From an uncultured delta proteobacterium (lineage in GTDB: Bacteria; Desulfobacterota; Desulfuromonadia; Desulfuromonadales; JACZKF01): a DNA stretch of 64,000 bases. Below are positions 10,929 to 25,143 of the stretch, piece after piece (the first letter of the stretch is position 1; the number at the start of each line of letters is the position of its first letter). Location: the NCBI GenBank assembly GCA_963816395.1, contig CAWFKQ010000005.1, forward strand, positions 96,001 through 160,000. The letters run 5' to 3'. The position numbers and the translations under genes are program-made. A model generated the notes under the pieces. The model had not been told where the DNA came from. It saw only the letters and a list, made by a program, of their open reading frames with translations, and searched no databases.

Positions 10929-12195
10929 ATGAACATACTTATCAAAAAAGGGAGAGTCATCGATCCGGCGCAGGGGATCGACGATGTGCTTGACGTGCTG
11001 ATCGCGGACGGGAAGATCGCCAAGGTCGGCAAAAATCTGAAAGGGGAGGGAGAGACGATCGACGCCGCCGGCATGCTGGTGACACCAGGGCTGATCGACC
11101 TTCACGTTCACCTGCGAGATCCGGGCTACGAATACAAGGAAGACATCGTGACCGGCACCCGGGCGGCCGCTGCCGGCGGCTTCACTTCAATAGCCTGCAT
11201 GCCCAATACCAGCCCGGTCAACGACAGCAAGGCGATCACCCTTTACATTCGGCGCAAGGCGCAGGAAGAGGGGACCGTCAATGTTTTCCCGGTGGGCAGC
11301 ATCACCAAGGGGCTGAAAGGGGAATCCCTCTCGGAAATGGGAGAATTGAAGGAAGCCGGCTGTCTGGCTGTTTCCGATGATGGCAAGCCGGTAGCCAGCG
11401 GCGAGTTGATGCGGCGGGCGATGGAATACGCGCGCCCCTTCGGTCTGACCGTCATCTCCCATGCCGAGGACCTGTCGCTGGTGGGCGAAGGGGTGATGAA
11501 CGACGGCTTCGTCGCCACCGAACTGGGCCTCAAGGGGATCCCCTGGGTGGCCGAGGACGCCGCCGTCGCCCGCGATGTCATGCTCGCCGAATTCACTGGC
11601 GCTCGCTTGCACGTGGCGCATGTTTCCACCCGCGGATCGGTGGAAATAGTCCGGGCCGCCAAGAAAAGAGGGGTAAGGGTCACCTGCGAGGCGACGCCGC
11701 ACCATTTTACTCTTACCGACGAGGCGGTGCGCGGCTACAAAACCAATGCCAAGATGAACCCGCCGCTGCGCAGCGCCGAGGACCTGGCGGCAATACGCGC
11801 CGGGCTGGCCGACGGCACCATCGACGCCATTGCCACCGATCACGCGCCGCACCACCTGGATGAGAAGAATGTGGAGTTCAATATCGCCCTGAACGGGGTA
11901 GTGGGGCTGGAGACCGCGCTGCCGCTCACCCTGCAACTGGTCGAGGAGAAGGTTCTTTCCCTGGCGGATGCCGTCGCCCGGTTGACCATCGGTCCAGCCC
12001 GGGCCTTAGGCATCCCCCGCGGTACCCTGGAGACCGGAGTCCCGGCTGACGTGACGGTGATCGACCCGAAACTGGCCTGGACCGTCGAGCCGGCGAAGCT
12101 TCAGTCCAAGAGCAAGAATACCCCCTTCGCCGGCTGGCAGATGAAGGGCGCGGCGGTGTGACGATCGTCGGCGGCAAGGTGGTGTGGAAGCGATA
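10929..12195 (+). CDS. pyrC: dihydroorotase (1-nt indel near C-terminus; true end ...[11 protein letters not shown])
   Basis: [36 protein letters not shown]. Confidence 0.95.
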
Positions 12196-12330
12196 AGGCC
12201 AATTTAACGCAGAGGACAGAATTCGAATCTTGTCTTTTCCTCATGCGTCTCTCAGCGACGGTGAAAAAAGCGGATTTAAGTAACCTATCACAACAGACTA
12301 TTCATCTAGTTCCTAAGGAGAAGTGAAGCA

Positions 12331-13457
12331 GTGAAAGCAATTCTCGCCCTTGCCGACGGCAAGGTTTTCCACGGCAAGGCCTTTGGCGCCGCTGGGGAGG
12401 TCACCGGCGAGGTGGTCTTCAACACCAGCATGACCGGTTATCAGGAGATCCTCACCGATCCCTCCTATGCCGGTGAAATCGTCACCATGACCTATCCTCT
12501 GATCGGCAACTACGGGGTCAATCTCGAAGATGTCGAATCTTCCCGGCCGCAACTGGCCGGCTTTGTGGTCAAGGAGGCAAGTGATTTTCCCTCCAACTGG
12601 CGCTCGAAGATGAGCATCGATGCCTACCTGAAGGAGAACGGCATCGTCGGCATCGAAGGCATCGACACCCGGGCACTGGTGCGGCACATCCGCGACAAGG
12701 GGGCGCAGACCGGGATTCTCTCCTCCGTCGATGTTGATCCCGACTCCCTGGTCGAGAAAGCCCGGCGGGCCCCCTCCATCGTCGGCCGCGACCTGGTCCG
12801 GGAGGTCACCTGCAGCAAGCCCTACCACTGGACCGAAGGGCCCTGGGACCTTGCCGAAGGATATCGCCCGAACGGGGATGCCCCCAGATTCAAGGTGGTG
12901 GCCTACGACTTCGGCATCAAGCGCAATATCCTGCGCAACCTGGTCGCCGCCGGCTGCGACGTCACCGTCGTTCCCGCGGATACCCCGGCCGAAGAGGTTC
13001 TGGCCATGCACCCCGATGGCGTTTTTCTCAGCAACGGTCCCGGCGACCCCGAGCCGATCGTCTATGCCCAGGAGAATATCCGCAAACTGCTGGGCAAGAA
13101 GCCGATTTTCGGCATTTGCCTGGGGCATCAGTTGCTCTCCATCGCCCTCGGCGGTAAAACCTACAAGCTCAAGTTCGGCCATCGCGGCGGCAACCAGCCG
13201 GTGCGCCGCGAGGACGGCCGGCAGGTGGAGATCACCGCCCAGAACCACGGCTTCGCCGTCGATGCCGACTCCCTGCACGACAAAGCGGTCCTCACCCATA
13301 TCAACCTCAACGACAACACCGTCGAAGGGTCTGGTGCACAAGACTCTGCCGGCCTTCTCCGTCCAGTACCACCCGGAAGCCTCCCCCGGGCCCGCACGAC
13401 GCCCGGTATCTGTTCGAGAAGTTTATTGAGATGATGGAGAAAGAAAAGGAGGCGTAG
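12331..13457 (+). CDS. carA: carbamoyl-phosphate synthase small subunit (indels ~13330 and ~13393)
   Basis: [45 protein letters not shown] in the shifted frame. Confidence 0.95.
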
Positions 13458-13460
13458 CGC

Positions 13461-13540
13461 GAAGAGGCAAGAGGCGAAGAGGTTAAGACCTCGTATACTC
13501 CCTGCTTTGTCCTCTCAGCCTCTTGCCTCTCGCCTCAGCT
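13461..13540. repeat. 7-nt-period inverted repeat between carA and carB
   Basis: gaggcaa gaggcga agagg ... tcctctca gcctctt gcctctc gcctcag. Confidence 0.7.
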
Positions 13541-13552
13541 CAGGAAGTGTCT

Positions 13553-16813
<3,261 letters not shown>

Positions 16814-16918
16814 GCTATGCTGAGGGTGAGGCTGTGTTATTGCGCGGGAATGATCATGTAAACCCAGTTCGGGCGGGGCAACCCGCCCGATGATTTTCGT
16901 CAGACGAGGTAAGATTTC

Positions 16919-17395
16919 ATGTCCCAGTCGATTCCCATGACCCGCGAGGGGCATCAGCGCCTTCAGGAGGAGCTGAAGAAACTCGTGCGCGTCGCCCGTC
17001 CGCAGGTGGTGCAGGCGATCGCCGAAGCGCGCAGCCACGGCGACTTGTCGGAGAACGCCGAATATGATGCGGCGAAGGAGCGCCAGGCCTTCATTGAAGG
17101 GCGGATTAAGGAGTTAAACGACAAGATCGCTCGCGCCCAGGTCATCAACCCGGCTGAACTCGACAGTGAAAAGGTGGTCTTCGGCGCCAAGGTGACTCTT
17201 TTCGATGTCGATAGCGGCAATGAGGTGACCTATCAGATCGTCGGCGAGGACGAAGCCGAAATCAAGGCGGGCAAGCTTTCGGTTACCTCTCCAGTCGGCA
17301 AGGCGCTGATCGGTCACCGTCTTGACGACGAAGTTCGAATCCAGGTTCCATCGGGACTTAAAGTTTACGAGATCATCGATATCAAATATGAATAG
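16919..17395 (+). CDS. greA: transcription elongation factor GreA
   Basis: ARSHGDLSENAEYDAAKE, SPVGKALIG. Confidence 0.97.
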   Translation: MSQSIPMTREGHQRLQEELKKLVRVARPQVVQAIAEARSHGDLSENAEYDAAKERQAFIEGRIKELNDKIARAQVINPAELDSEKVVFGAKVTLFDVDSGNEVTYQIVGEDEAEIKAGKLSVTSPVGKALIGHRLDDEVRIQVPSGLKVYEIIDIKYE

Positions 17396-17472
17396 AAATC
17401 GCTTTAGGAAATCAGGCCAAAGCCTGAAAGACTCTAAGCCCAGAAACAAAAACAAAAAACAGGCAGGAATCC

Positions 17473-17676
17473 ATGGCCGAAAAAATAACAAAATCCATGA
17501 CCTTGCATCAGATCTTGCAGATGAACCCGGAAGTTGCAACCGTCCTGGGCAAATATAACCTCGGCTGCATCGGTTGCCTGGGAGCGATAAATGAGACCCT
17601 CGAACGCGGCGCCATCAACCATGGGTTGGACGTCAACGACCTTCTCCGCGACCTGAACGCCATCTTCCAGAAGTGA
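17473..17676 (+). CDS. DUF1858 domain protein
   Basis: ITKSMTLHQIL..PEV..VL.KYNLGCIGC..A..ETLE.GA..HG.DV..LL..LN; RBS present. Confidence 0.8.
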   Translation: MAEKITKSMTLHQILQMNPEVATVLGKYNLGCIGCLGAINETLERGAINHGLDVNDLLRDLNAIFQK

Positions 17677-17777
17677 GGTGCGGGATTGAGAGGTGAGGCG
17701 AACCAATCTCACTGTTTTTCCCCTCATTCCGCACTGCCACCAGTCCCCTCCGATATTCTCCTTTTTGCCAGGGTGCC

Positions 17778-19929
17778 ATGCCCCTGACTCCCACCTATCA
17801 GCGCAGTCGGGAACTTCTCGACACCCCCTTGACCGAGGTCAGGGGTGTTGGCCCGCAGCTCATGGAAAAGCTGATCCGGATGGGACTTTCCACCGTCGAA
17901 GACGTCCTTTACACGCTTCCTCTTCGCTATGAGGACCGGCGCCAAGTCCACAGGATCGCCCACCTGCGCGATGGCGCCCGGGACGTCTTCTGCGGCGAAA
18001 TCCTGGCTTCCGGTGAGACGGTTACCGCTAGAAACCGTCGGCGGCTGTATGAAGTGATCGTCGGCGACGGTACTGGCCAGATCAGCCTCAAGTGGTTCCA
18101 TTTCCGCCGTGAATGGATGCAAAAGCGCTTCGCCGTCGGCCGCCGGGCATTCTTCACCGGCGAGGTCAAGCGCTTCGGAGCGGTTCGGGAGGTTCACCAT
18201 CCGGATGCCGAGTTCCTTAATCCGGGGCAATCGCCGGAAGAGGCCATGGCCGCCGATCCTCTGAACTTTGGCCGCTTGCTGCCGGTTTATCCGCTGACCG
18301 AGGGACTGCACCAGAAGGTAGCCCGACGGGTCTGGAGAGAAGTGGTGGAGCGCTTCGCGCCGATTGCCATCTCACCTTTGCCGGCTGCCACCCGCCAGCG
18401 CCGCGGTCTGTTGCCGCTTTCAACCGCCCTGGAGCAGGTGCACTGGCCTGGTGATGTCTCTCCGGTCGATCTGGAACGGGGAAGTGACCAGGCCCGGCGT
18501 ACTCTGGTTTACGACGAGTTTTTCTTCCTGGAGCTTGGCCTTGCCCTCAGAAGGCGTGGGGTGGTGCTCGAGGAGGGCCTCCCTTTTCAGGTTTCCCACC
18601 GCTATACCCGGCCGCTGGCGCAGATGCTCCCGTATCGTTTGACCGATGCCCAGCGCCGGGTGCTGGGGGAGATCAAGCAGGATCTGATGGCGCCCCATCC
18701 GATGAACCGTCTGGTGCAGGGGGACGTGGGGAGCGGCAAAACGATCGTTGCCCTCATGGCCGCTCTGCTGGCCATCGAGAACGATACCCAGGTGGCAGTG
18801 GTCGCTCCAACCGAAATCCTGGCAGAACAGCACTACCTGCAGTTCCGTCACTGGCTGACGCAGCTCGGCCTGCGCGCGGTTCTGCTCTCCGGTTCGACTG
18901 CGGCCCGGGAAAAGGCGGAAATGCTGCAGCAGATCCGCGACGGAAGCATCCACCTGGTGGTCGGCACTCATGCCGTCCTCCAGGAGGGGGTCGAGTTCGG
19001 TCGGCTGGGGTTGGGGATCATCGACGAACAGCACCGCTTCGGCGTTCGCCAGCGCGGCCTTCTGCGCAAGAAGGGGGAAAACCCGCATATTCTGGTGATG
19101 ACCGCCACCCCCATACCGCGCACCCTTTCCCTGACTCTCTACGGCGACCTTACGTTGTCGGTGATCGATGAACTGCCGCCCGGGCGCACGCCCGGTGCTG
19201 ACCCGGGTTCTTCCCGAGCGGGAACGCCGGCAGGCCTACTCTCGCATCGCCCGCGAACTTGCCGCCGGTCGACAGGCCTATATCGTCTATCCGCTGGTGG
19301 AGGAATCGGAAAAAAGCGACCTCCTCGATGCCACCGAGGGCGCGGAGCGTCTGCGGCGCGAGGTCTTCCCCGATTCCCAGGTCGGCCTGTTGCACGGCCG
19401 GATGAAGCCGGAGGAGAAGGAGGCGGTAATGGTTGCCTTCAGGAACGGCGATATCAACATCCTGGTGGCTACCACAGTAATCGAGGTCGGAATCGATGTT
19501 CCCCGGGCGACAGTGATGATGGTCGAGCATGCCGAGCGTTTTGGCCTGGCCCAACTGCATCAACTGCGCGGCCGGGTAGGGCGGGGGAGTGACGGTGGCC
19601 ATTGCCTGCTGGTGCGCTCGCAGCGCTGTAGCGATGAGGGGATGCGCCGGTTGCAGGTGATGGAACAGACCACCGACGGTTTCCGCATTGCCGAAGCCGA
19701 TCTGGAGATCCGCGGGCCAGGGGAATTTCTCGGTACCCGCCAGGCAGGAATCCCCGACTTCCGCGTTGCCAATCTGCTGCGTGACGGTCGACTTCTGGAG
19801 GAGGCGAGGGAGGACGCATTTCGACTGGCGGAGGAACCGGCGTTCCTGACTAATCCCGCCTACGCCGAATTGCGTCAGGCTCTCATCGACCGATGGGGAA
19901 ACCGGTTGGAATTGGCGAGCATCGGTTAG
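17778..19929 (+). CDS. recG: ATP-dependent DNA helicase RecG (frameshift ~19190)
   Basis: QGDVGSGKT, DEQHRFG, MTATPIPRTL; second ORF has ATTVIEVGIDV, QLHQLRGRVGRG. Confidence 0.96.
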
Positions 19930-20013
19930 AGACCCCGGTGGGCGACTGCCGAGGAAGGAATACTCTGACCGGTTGCGACCGACATATGGAATCGATAAAC
20001 TGGAACCTGATCC

Positions 20014-20369
20014 ATGAAGGACAAAAACTCGCGACTTGTGTACTCATCCGATCAGGGGCGAATTTGCCCCGAGTGCAGGTAAACCGGCACCCGCATGCAC
20101 CTGTGCCCGGCGGAGGGAGCCATCCGGCGACGGCATCGTTCGCATCCGCCGGGAGTCGAAGGGAAGGGGAGGCAAGACGGTGACGGTGATTACCGGTCTG
20201 CCTCTGGAGGATGAAGCGCTGAAAATACTGGTCGGGGAAGCTCAAGCGACGCTGCGGGACCGGCGGCACGGTTAAGAGCGGGACCGTCGAGATCCAGGGA
20301 GATCATGCCGATCTTCTCGTCGCCGACCTGCAGAAGCGCGGCTTCAGTGTCAAGCGATCAGGTGGCTAA
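20014..20369 (+). CDS. yciH: SUI1/YciH translation initiation factor (two indels)
   Basis: MKDKNSRLVYSSD..CPEC / DGIVRIRRESKGRGGKTVTVITGL / LKRRCGTGGTVK..VEIQGDH...GG*. Confidence 0.88.
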
Positions 20370-20516
20370 ATATACTTGTCCGCCGTGTCTGTGATTAGAA
20401 AAAGGATAAAGTATTGCAAGTAAACGCGTTGGAATAATGGGATATATCTATGTCAGAGGCAGAGGGCTGGCCCAGGTGGAATAGACGATCAGCAGGGGAC
20501 TGGCCAAGTCGCCCGG

Positions 20517-21188
20517 ATGCGCATCCTGGTCATGCATAAGCGTTATCGCCTGGTTACCTATACGGAAGAGGAGGAGTTGGCCAATCGGCTGACGCACGGC
20601 TTCGGGGCGCTATGCAGTCTGGTCGGCATGATTGTTCTGCTATGGCTGGCCGCCGCCCGTCATGACCCCTGGCGCCTGGCAAGCTGTGCCGTTTACGGCG
20701 GAACCCTGGTCCTCTTCTATCTCATGTCGACCCTGTATCACAGTGTCCGTACACCAAAAATCAGGTATTATTTCCGCATTCTCGATCATGCCAGCATCTT
20801 TCTGCTGATTGCCGGCACTTACACGCCTTTTACCCTGGTCAACATGCGCGGCCCATGGGGCTGGTCAATCTTCGCGGTCATTTGGGCGCTGGCTCTGGGC
20901 GGGGTGATTATGAAGATATTCATGACCGGTCGCCTGCCTATCATCGGACCGATCCTTTATATTGCCATGGGATGGCTTATCATCATCGCCATCAAACCGC
21001 TCCTCGCCACCGTTCCGGCAGGGGGCATCACCTTTCTCTTCGCCGGCGGATGCCTCTACACCATAGGAGTCATCTTCTACGCCTGGGACAAGATTCCCTT
21101 CAATCACGCCATCTGGCATCTCTTCGTTCTCGCGGCGAGCGCCAGTCACTACACTGCCATATTGTTATACGTTGTGCTCCGGCACTAA
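20517..21188 (+). CDS. hemolysin III (PAQR/TrhA) family membrane protein
   Basis: EELANRLTHG, STLYH, LDHASIFLLIAGTYTPF, HAIWHLFV. Confidence 0.93.
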   Translation: MRILVMHKRYRLVTYTEEEELANRLTHGFGALCSLVGMIVLLWLAAARHDPWRLASCAVYGGTLVLFYLMSTLYHSVRTPKIRYYFRILDHASIFLLIAGTYTPFTLVNMRGPWGWSIFAVIWALALGGVIMKIFMTGRLPIIGPILYIAMGWLIIIAIKPLLATVPAGGITFLFAGGCLYTIGVIFYAWDKIPFNHAIWHLFVLAASASHYTAILLYVVLRH

Positions 21189-21271
21189 ATCGTCTTTTCG
21201 CCAATGGTGATTCTACCGCGATGGCCGAAAGGTTGCGGGGGTACGCCTCATGGGAGCCACTGTCGCCGGCT

Positions 21272-21300
21272 TTGACTTAACGTCGGATAAGATATATTAT
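21272..21300 (+). promoter_or_regulatory. sigma70-type promoter
   Basis: TTGACT-17 nt-TATTAT. Confidence 0.65.
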
Positions 21301-21517
21301 GTAAACTAAGGAATCCGGAATAGATATTCGGCGCCTGGACCGACTGAGATGTTCTGTTCATCTTGAAATTAGTGAGAGGCGCAGTGGTCTGGTTTCTTAG
21401 GCATGAAGCTATCCCAGGACACCGGCATGCTACACCCGATCGCGAATCGTTGAGACTGCCGTTCCCCTGGTTTGAGCACACGGTGGTGGTGACGGTTTGT
21501 GCCGGAGGAAATCCTCG

Positions 21518-21622
21518 ATGGCATTGGGTGGGATTATTCTCAAGGGATGGTGCTGTGTCCTGATCATATCCATGGCCGGACTGACTTGGCGGTTTACTGG
21601 GGTGGAGAAGTTAACCGTCTGA
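21518..21622 (+). CDS. putative 34-aa hydrophobic small protein
   Basis: GGAGG 9 nt before ATG; MALGGIILKGWCCVLIISMAGLTWRFTGVEKLTV*. Confidence 0.35.
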   Translation: MALGGIILKGWCCVLIISMAGLTWRFTGVEKLTV

Positions 21623-21700
21623 ACCAGGAACGACAAAGTGACTGGGAGCGCCCATCGAAGGAATGGGAAGCGCGTACATTTTGCGGCGCCGCGTTATGCA

Positions 21701-21743
21701 AAAAAAAAACGGAAAAGACTTTTCGGTCCCTTCCGTTTTTCTT
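21701..21743. terminator. bidirectional intrinsic terminator
   Basis: A-run, acggaa...ttccgt stem, T-run; lies 3' of tRNA-Pro. Confidence 0.75.
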
Positions 21744-21746
21744 CGT

Positions 21747-21823
21747 TGGTCGGGGCGAGAGGATTCGAACCTCCGGCCCCCAGCACCCCATGCTGGTGCG
21801 CTACCAGGCTGCGCTACGCCCCG
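21747..21823 (-). tRNA. tRNA-Pro (GGG)
   Basis: CGGGGCGTAGCGCAGCCTGGTAGCGCA-CCAGC-ATGGGGT-GCTGG-GGGCCGGAGGTTCGAATCCTCTCGCCCCGACCA, 77 nt, CCA encoded. Confidence 0.97.
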
Positions 21824-21839
21824 TCAGTCAACGCGAGGG

Positions 21840-21868
21840 AGTATGGTTGATTCGTACATGATTGTCAA
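21840..21868 (-). promoter_or_regulatory. sigma70 promoter of tRNA-Pro
   Basis: TTGACA-17 nt-CATACT on the minus strand. Confidence 0.7.
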
Positions 21869-22167
21869 GGAAAAATTGATTTAAATGGGCCTCTGCCTGC
21901 TAATAAAACACCTGAAACATCAATGGATTACATCCCGCCGGTGGTTGTAGGCGGATGACCATCGATATCCCGTTTCGCCTTTTCTTCGTGCGAGGAATGT
22001 ACGACCAGTCCGGAAGCTATGGTCTGCTGCACGCGGACGAGGGATCGCCCGCATGCATGCGCAACGTGCATCGAAGTGGGAGGTATCACTGGTTGATAGC
22101 GGACCACGGAAATTTTTCGAGGAAAGGCCTTTTATCTGGCCGTTTTCACGCATTTTTCGCTCACAAG

Positions 22168-22599
22168 TTACATGCCATAAACCCGCTCTCCGGGAAGGAC
22201 TGTGATGCCATTGCGGAGCAGCACCTGAATCGCTTCCTCCGCATCATCGAAGCGGAAAATGATAACCGCGTTTTCACCGCAACGTTCGACGAAGGCGTAC
22301 ATGTACTCGACATTGACCTTAGCTTTATCCAGAATCTTGAGGATTTTATTCAACCCCATGGGCTGGTCCGGCACCTCGACCGCCACGACTTCGGTCTTGC
22401 GGACCGTGAAACCGTGTTCCTTGAGAACGGTCTTGGCCAAATCAGTTTTGTCGACGATCAACCGCAGAATGCCGAAGTCGGACGTGTCGGCCAGAGACAG
22501 TGCTCGAATGCTGATCCCGCCCTCTCCGATCACCCTGGTCACCTCGGCCAGCCGCCCGGATTTATTTTCAATGAAAATCGAAATCTGCTCCACCTTCAT
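22168..22599 (-). CDS. tandem ACT-domain protein
   Basis: [37 protein letters not shown]; typical paaK neighbour. Confidence 0.9.
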   Translation of the reverse strand: MKVEQISIFIENKSGRLAEVTRVIGEGGISIRALSLADTSDFGILRLIVDKTDLAKTVLKEHGFTVRKTEVVAVEVPDQPMGLNKILKILDKAKVNVEYMYAFVERCGENAVIIFRFDDAEEAIQVLLRNGITVLPGERVYGM

Positions 22600-22653
22600 C
22601 GGATCCCCCTTACCGCGGTATGGATTTCAGCTTTGAGCCCAATTTTCAATCCT

Positions 22654-23956
22654 TCATTTGGGCCGGTTGTCGATCACTCGCTGGGCCTTCCCTTCGCTGC
22701 GGGCAATTGTTTTGGGTTCAACCAACCGTACCTTGCAGTTGATGCCGAGCAAATCTTTGATTTCCTTGTTGATGTGCCCCGATAGATCCTGCAGGACCTT
22801 GATTTCGTCTGAGAATGTCCGCTCATTGACTTCCACCTGCACTTCCAGGGTGTCCAGATTTTCCTCCCTGGTAATGATGAGCTGATAGTGCGGCTCGACT
22901 CCGTCAATCTGCATCAGCACGCTCTCGATCTGTGAGGGGAAGACATTGACCCCGCGGATGATCAGCATGTCATCACTACGCCCGCTCATGCGCGCCAATC
23001 GAGCATGGGTGCGGCCGCAGAGGCAGGGCTCGGGGATCAGGCGGGTGATGTCGCGCGTTCGATAACGGATCATCGGGATCCCCGCTTTGGTGATGGTGGT
23101 GATCACCAGTTCCCCGGTCTCCCCTGCCGGCAGCACTTCACAGGTTTCAGGATTGATGATCTCAGGGATGAAATGGTCTTCCCATATATGCAGGCCATGC
23201 TGGGCTTCAATGCACTCGATCGCCACCCCCGGACCAAGGATTTCGGAAAGACCATAAATGTCGATCGCCTTGATATTCAGCTTCTCTTCAATCTCCCGGC
23301 GCATCGACTCGCTCCATGGCTCGGCGCCGAAGATGCCGACCCGCAGCTTGAGATCGCGGAAACTGATCCCCTCCTCGGCCGCCGTTTCGGCAAGAAAAAG
23401 GCTGTAAGAGGGGGTGCAGGTGAGAACGGTTGAACCGAAGTCTTTCATGATCATTATCTGCCGCTTGGTATTCCCCCCCGAGATTGGAATAACCGAAGCC
23501 CCAAGTCTTTCTGCTCCGTAATGGGCTCCCAGGCCGCCCGTAAAGAGGCCGTAACCGTAGGCATTATGGATGATGTCGCCCCGGTGGGCACCGGCGGCAA
23601 CGAAGGAGCGGGCCATCAGTTCGGCCCATAGTTCAATGTCGCGGCGGGTGTAGCCGACGACTGTCGGCTTACCCGTGGTACCCGAGGAAGCATGGATGCG
23701 GACAATCTGGTCGAGAGGTACCGCGAACAGACCGTACGGGTAATTATCCCGCATGTCCTGTTTGAGGGTGAAGGGAAGCCGGCGCAGATCGTCCAGACTT
23801 CTGATCATCTCCGGTTCCGACCCCTGCCCGGCGGAAACTCTCCCGATAGAAAGGAACGGTAGCATTGACCCGCTGCAGCGTCTGCTGCAACCGTTTCAAT
23901 TGAAGCGACTCGATCGCCTCTCGCGGCAAAGTTTCGAATTCGTCATTCCACAACAT
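22654..23956 (-). CDS. paaK: phenylacetate--CoA ligase family protein (frameshift ~23825)
   Basis: [50 protein letters not shown]. Confidence 0.92.
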
Positions 23957-24218
23957 AAAAACCTCACAAGCGCAAGTTGTCGGTTCCCTGCTCCACTTGG
24001 TTTTCCATCCTTAAACTATAAACCTGAATTTTGAAAAATCATTCACAATTCACCTTTCGCCCAGGCATCCCAGGCGCATCCGGCAATAGCCTTGCCGGAG
24101 AGAGGGTTTCCTACGCGCGCTTCCTGATGCGGCAACCAGACCGTCTCGGAGGTGATCGGCACGGAGCAATACCTCATAAGATAAAAAATTACGCAGGGGC
24201 CGTCAAGCAGAGTTGTAG

Positions 24219-25143
24219 TTATTTTGAGGATATTTGCTCAAGGCTGAGCAGGATGCCTTCCAGCAGACCGAAATCACTGATGGTAAGAGCCTTGCGGCGA
24301 AACCTGGTCATGATGCCGAGAACGATCCGCAACCCGGGGACAATCAAATCCCCCCTCCCCTTTTCCATCCCGGCCAGCGCTTCGCGGTCCGCCACCGAGA
24401 GTGGCTCAAGGAGAGAGTTCAGGGTTCGAAGATCAGGAATGGTCAGTACCAGATTGTTGATCCGTTGCCAGTCGTATTCGGACATGCCGAGGTGCAGTGC
24501 ACCCAGGGTGGTCACCGTGCCGGCAGTGCCTACCAGGAGGCAGGAGGGATCAGCTGGCCAGGGAACTCAGACCTGCAGATGCCAGATCTGCTTGAAAGAG
24601 AGTCAGGATACGATCGATCTCGGAATTTTGCAGGGAAGGGGCGGGGAAGTCTTCAGCCAGACGCACCACCCCCAGAGGATAACTGCGGGAAAGTCGGGCT
24701 CGACCTTGATGCCAGAGAATAAACTCGGTGCTTCCGCCGCCGATGTCAACGATCAGGCAGGTGGCAGGTGGGGGGGCGAGCGCGCTCAGAACCCCGAGGC
24801 AACTCAGCCGGGCTTCCTCTGCGCCGTCAATGATTTCAAGGGGAATGCCGGTGTGGTCAGCGGCCAGTGCGGCGAACTCGGGGCCATTGGCGGCAGCTCG
24901 AAGGACCTCCGTCCCGACCCCCCGCAAATTCCGGACCGACGCCCTCTGCAGGAGTGCAGCAGCTTCCTGAAGAGCGGCAAGGGTCCGTTCCATTGCTGCC
25001 GGGTGAAGTCCACGCTCCGGAGAAAAGCCTCCGCCCAAGCGGGTGACGCGGCGGAAATATTGCCGCGGTTCGATTCTACCTTCACGAACTGAACCGATCA
25101 GCAACCGCACCGTATTGGTGCCGACATCGACGGCGGCATACAC
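24219..25143 (-). CDS. ppx: Ppx/GppA exopolyphosphatase (frameshift ~24540)
   Basis: AVDVGTNTVRL, IDGAEEARL, DIGGGSTE, GTAGTVTT, GRGDLIVPG, SDFGLLEG. Confidence 0.88.

Noticed and set aside
12155..12165. TGA at the pyrC end as selenocysteine or read-through
   Set aside because: The conserved tail TIVGGKVV is in another frame, so this is an indel.
19180..19200. Programmed frameshifting in recG (also considered for carA, bioB, prkA)
   Set aside because: No consistent slippery sites or stimulators; indels are window-wide and best explained as assembly errors.
21200..21270. GAAA-tetraloop hairpin as a c-di-GMP/GEMM-I riboswitch
   Set aside because: Lacks the conserved P1/P2 junction and receptor; no suitable downstream gene.
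21747..21823. tRNA-Pro as an integration site of an island
   Set aside because: No integrase and no duplicated tRNA 3' end seen in the window.
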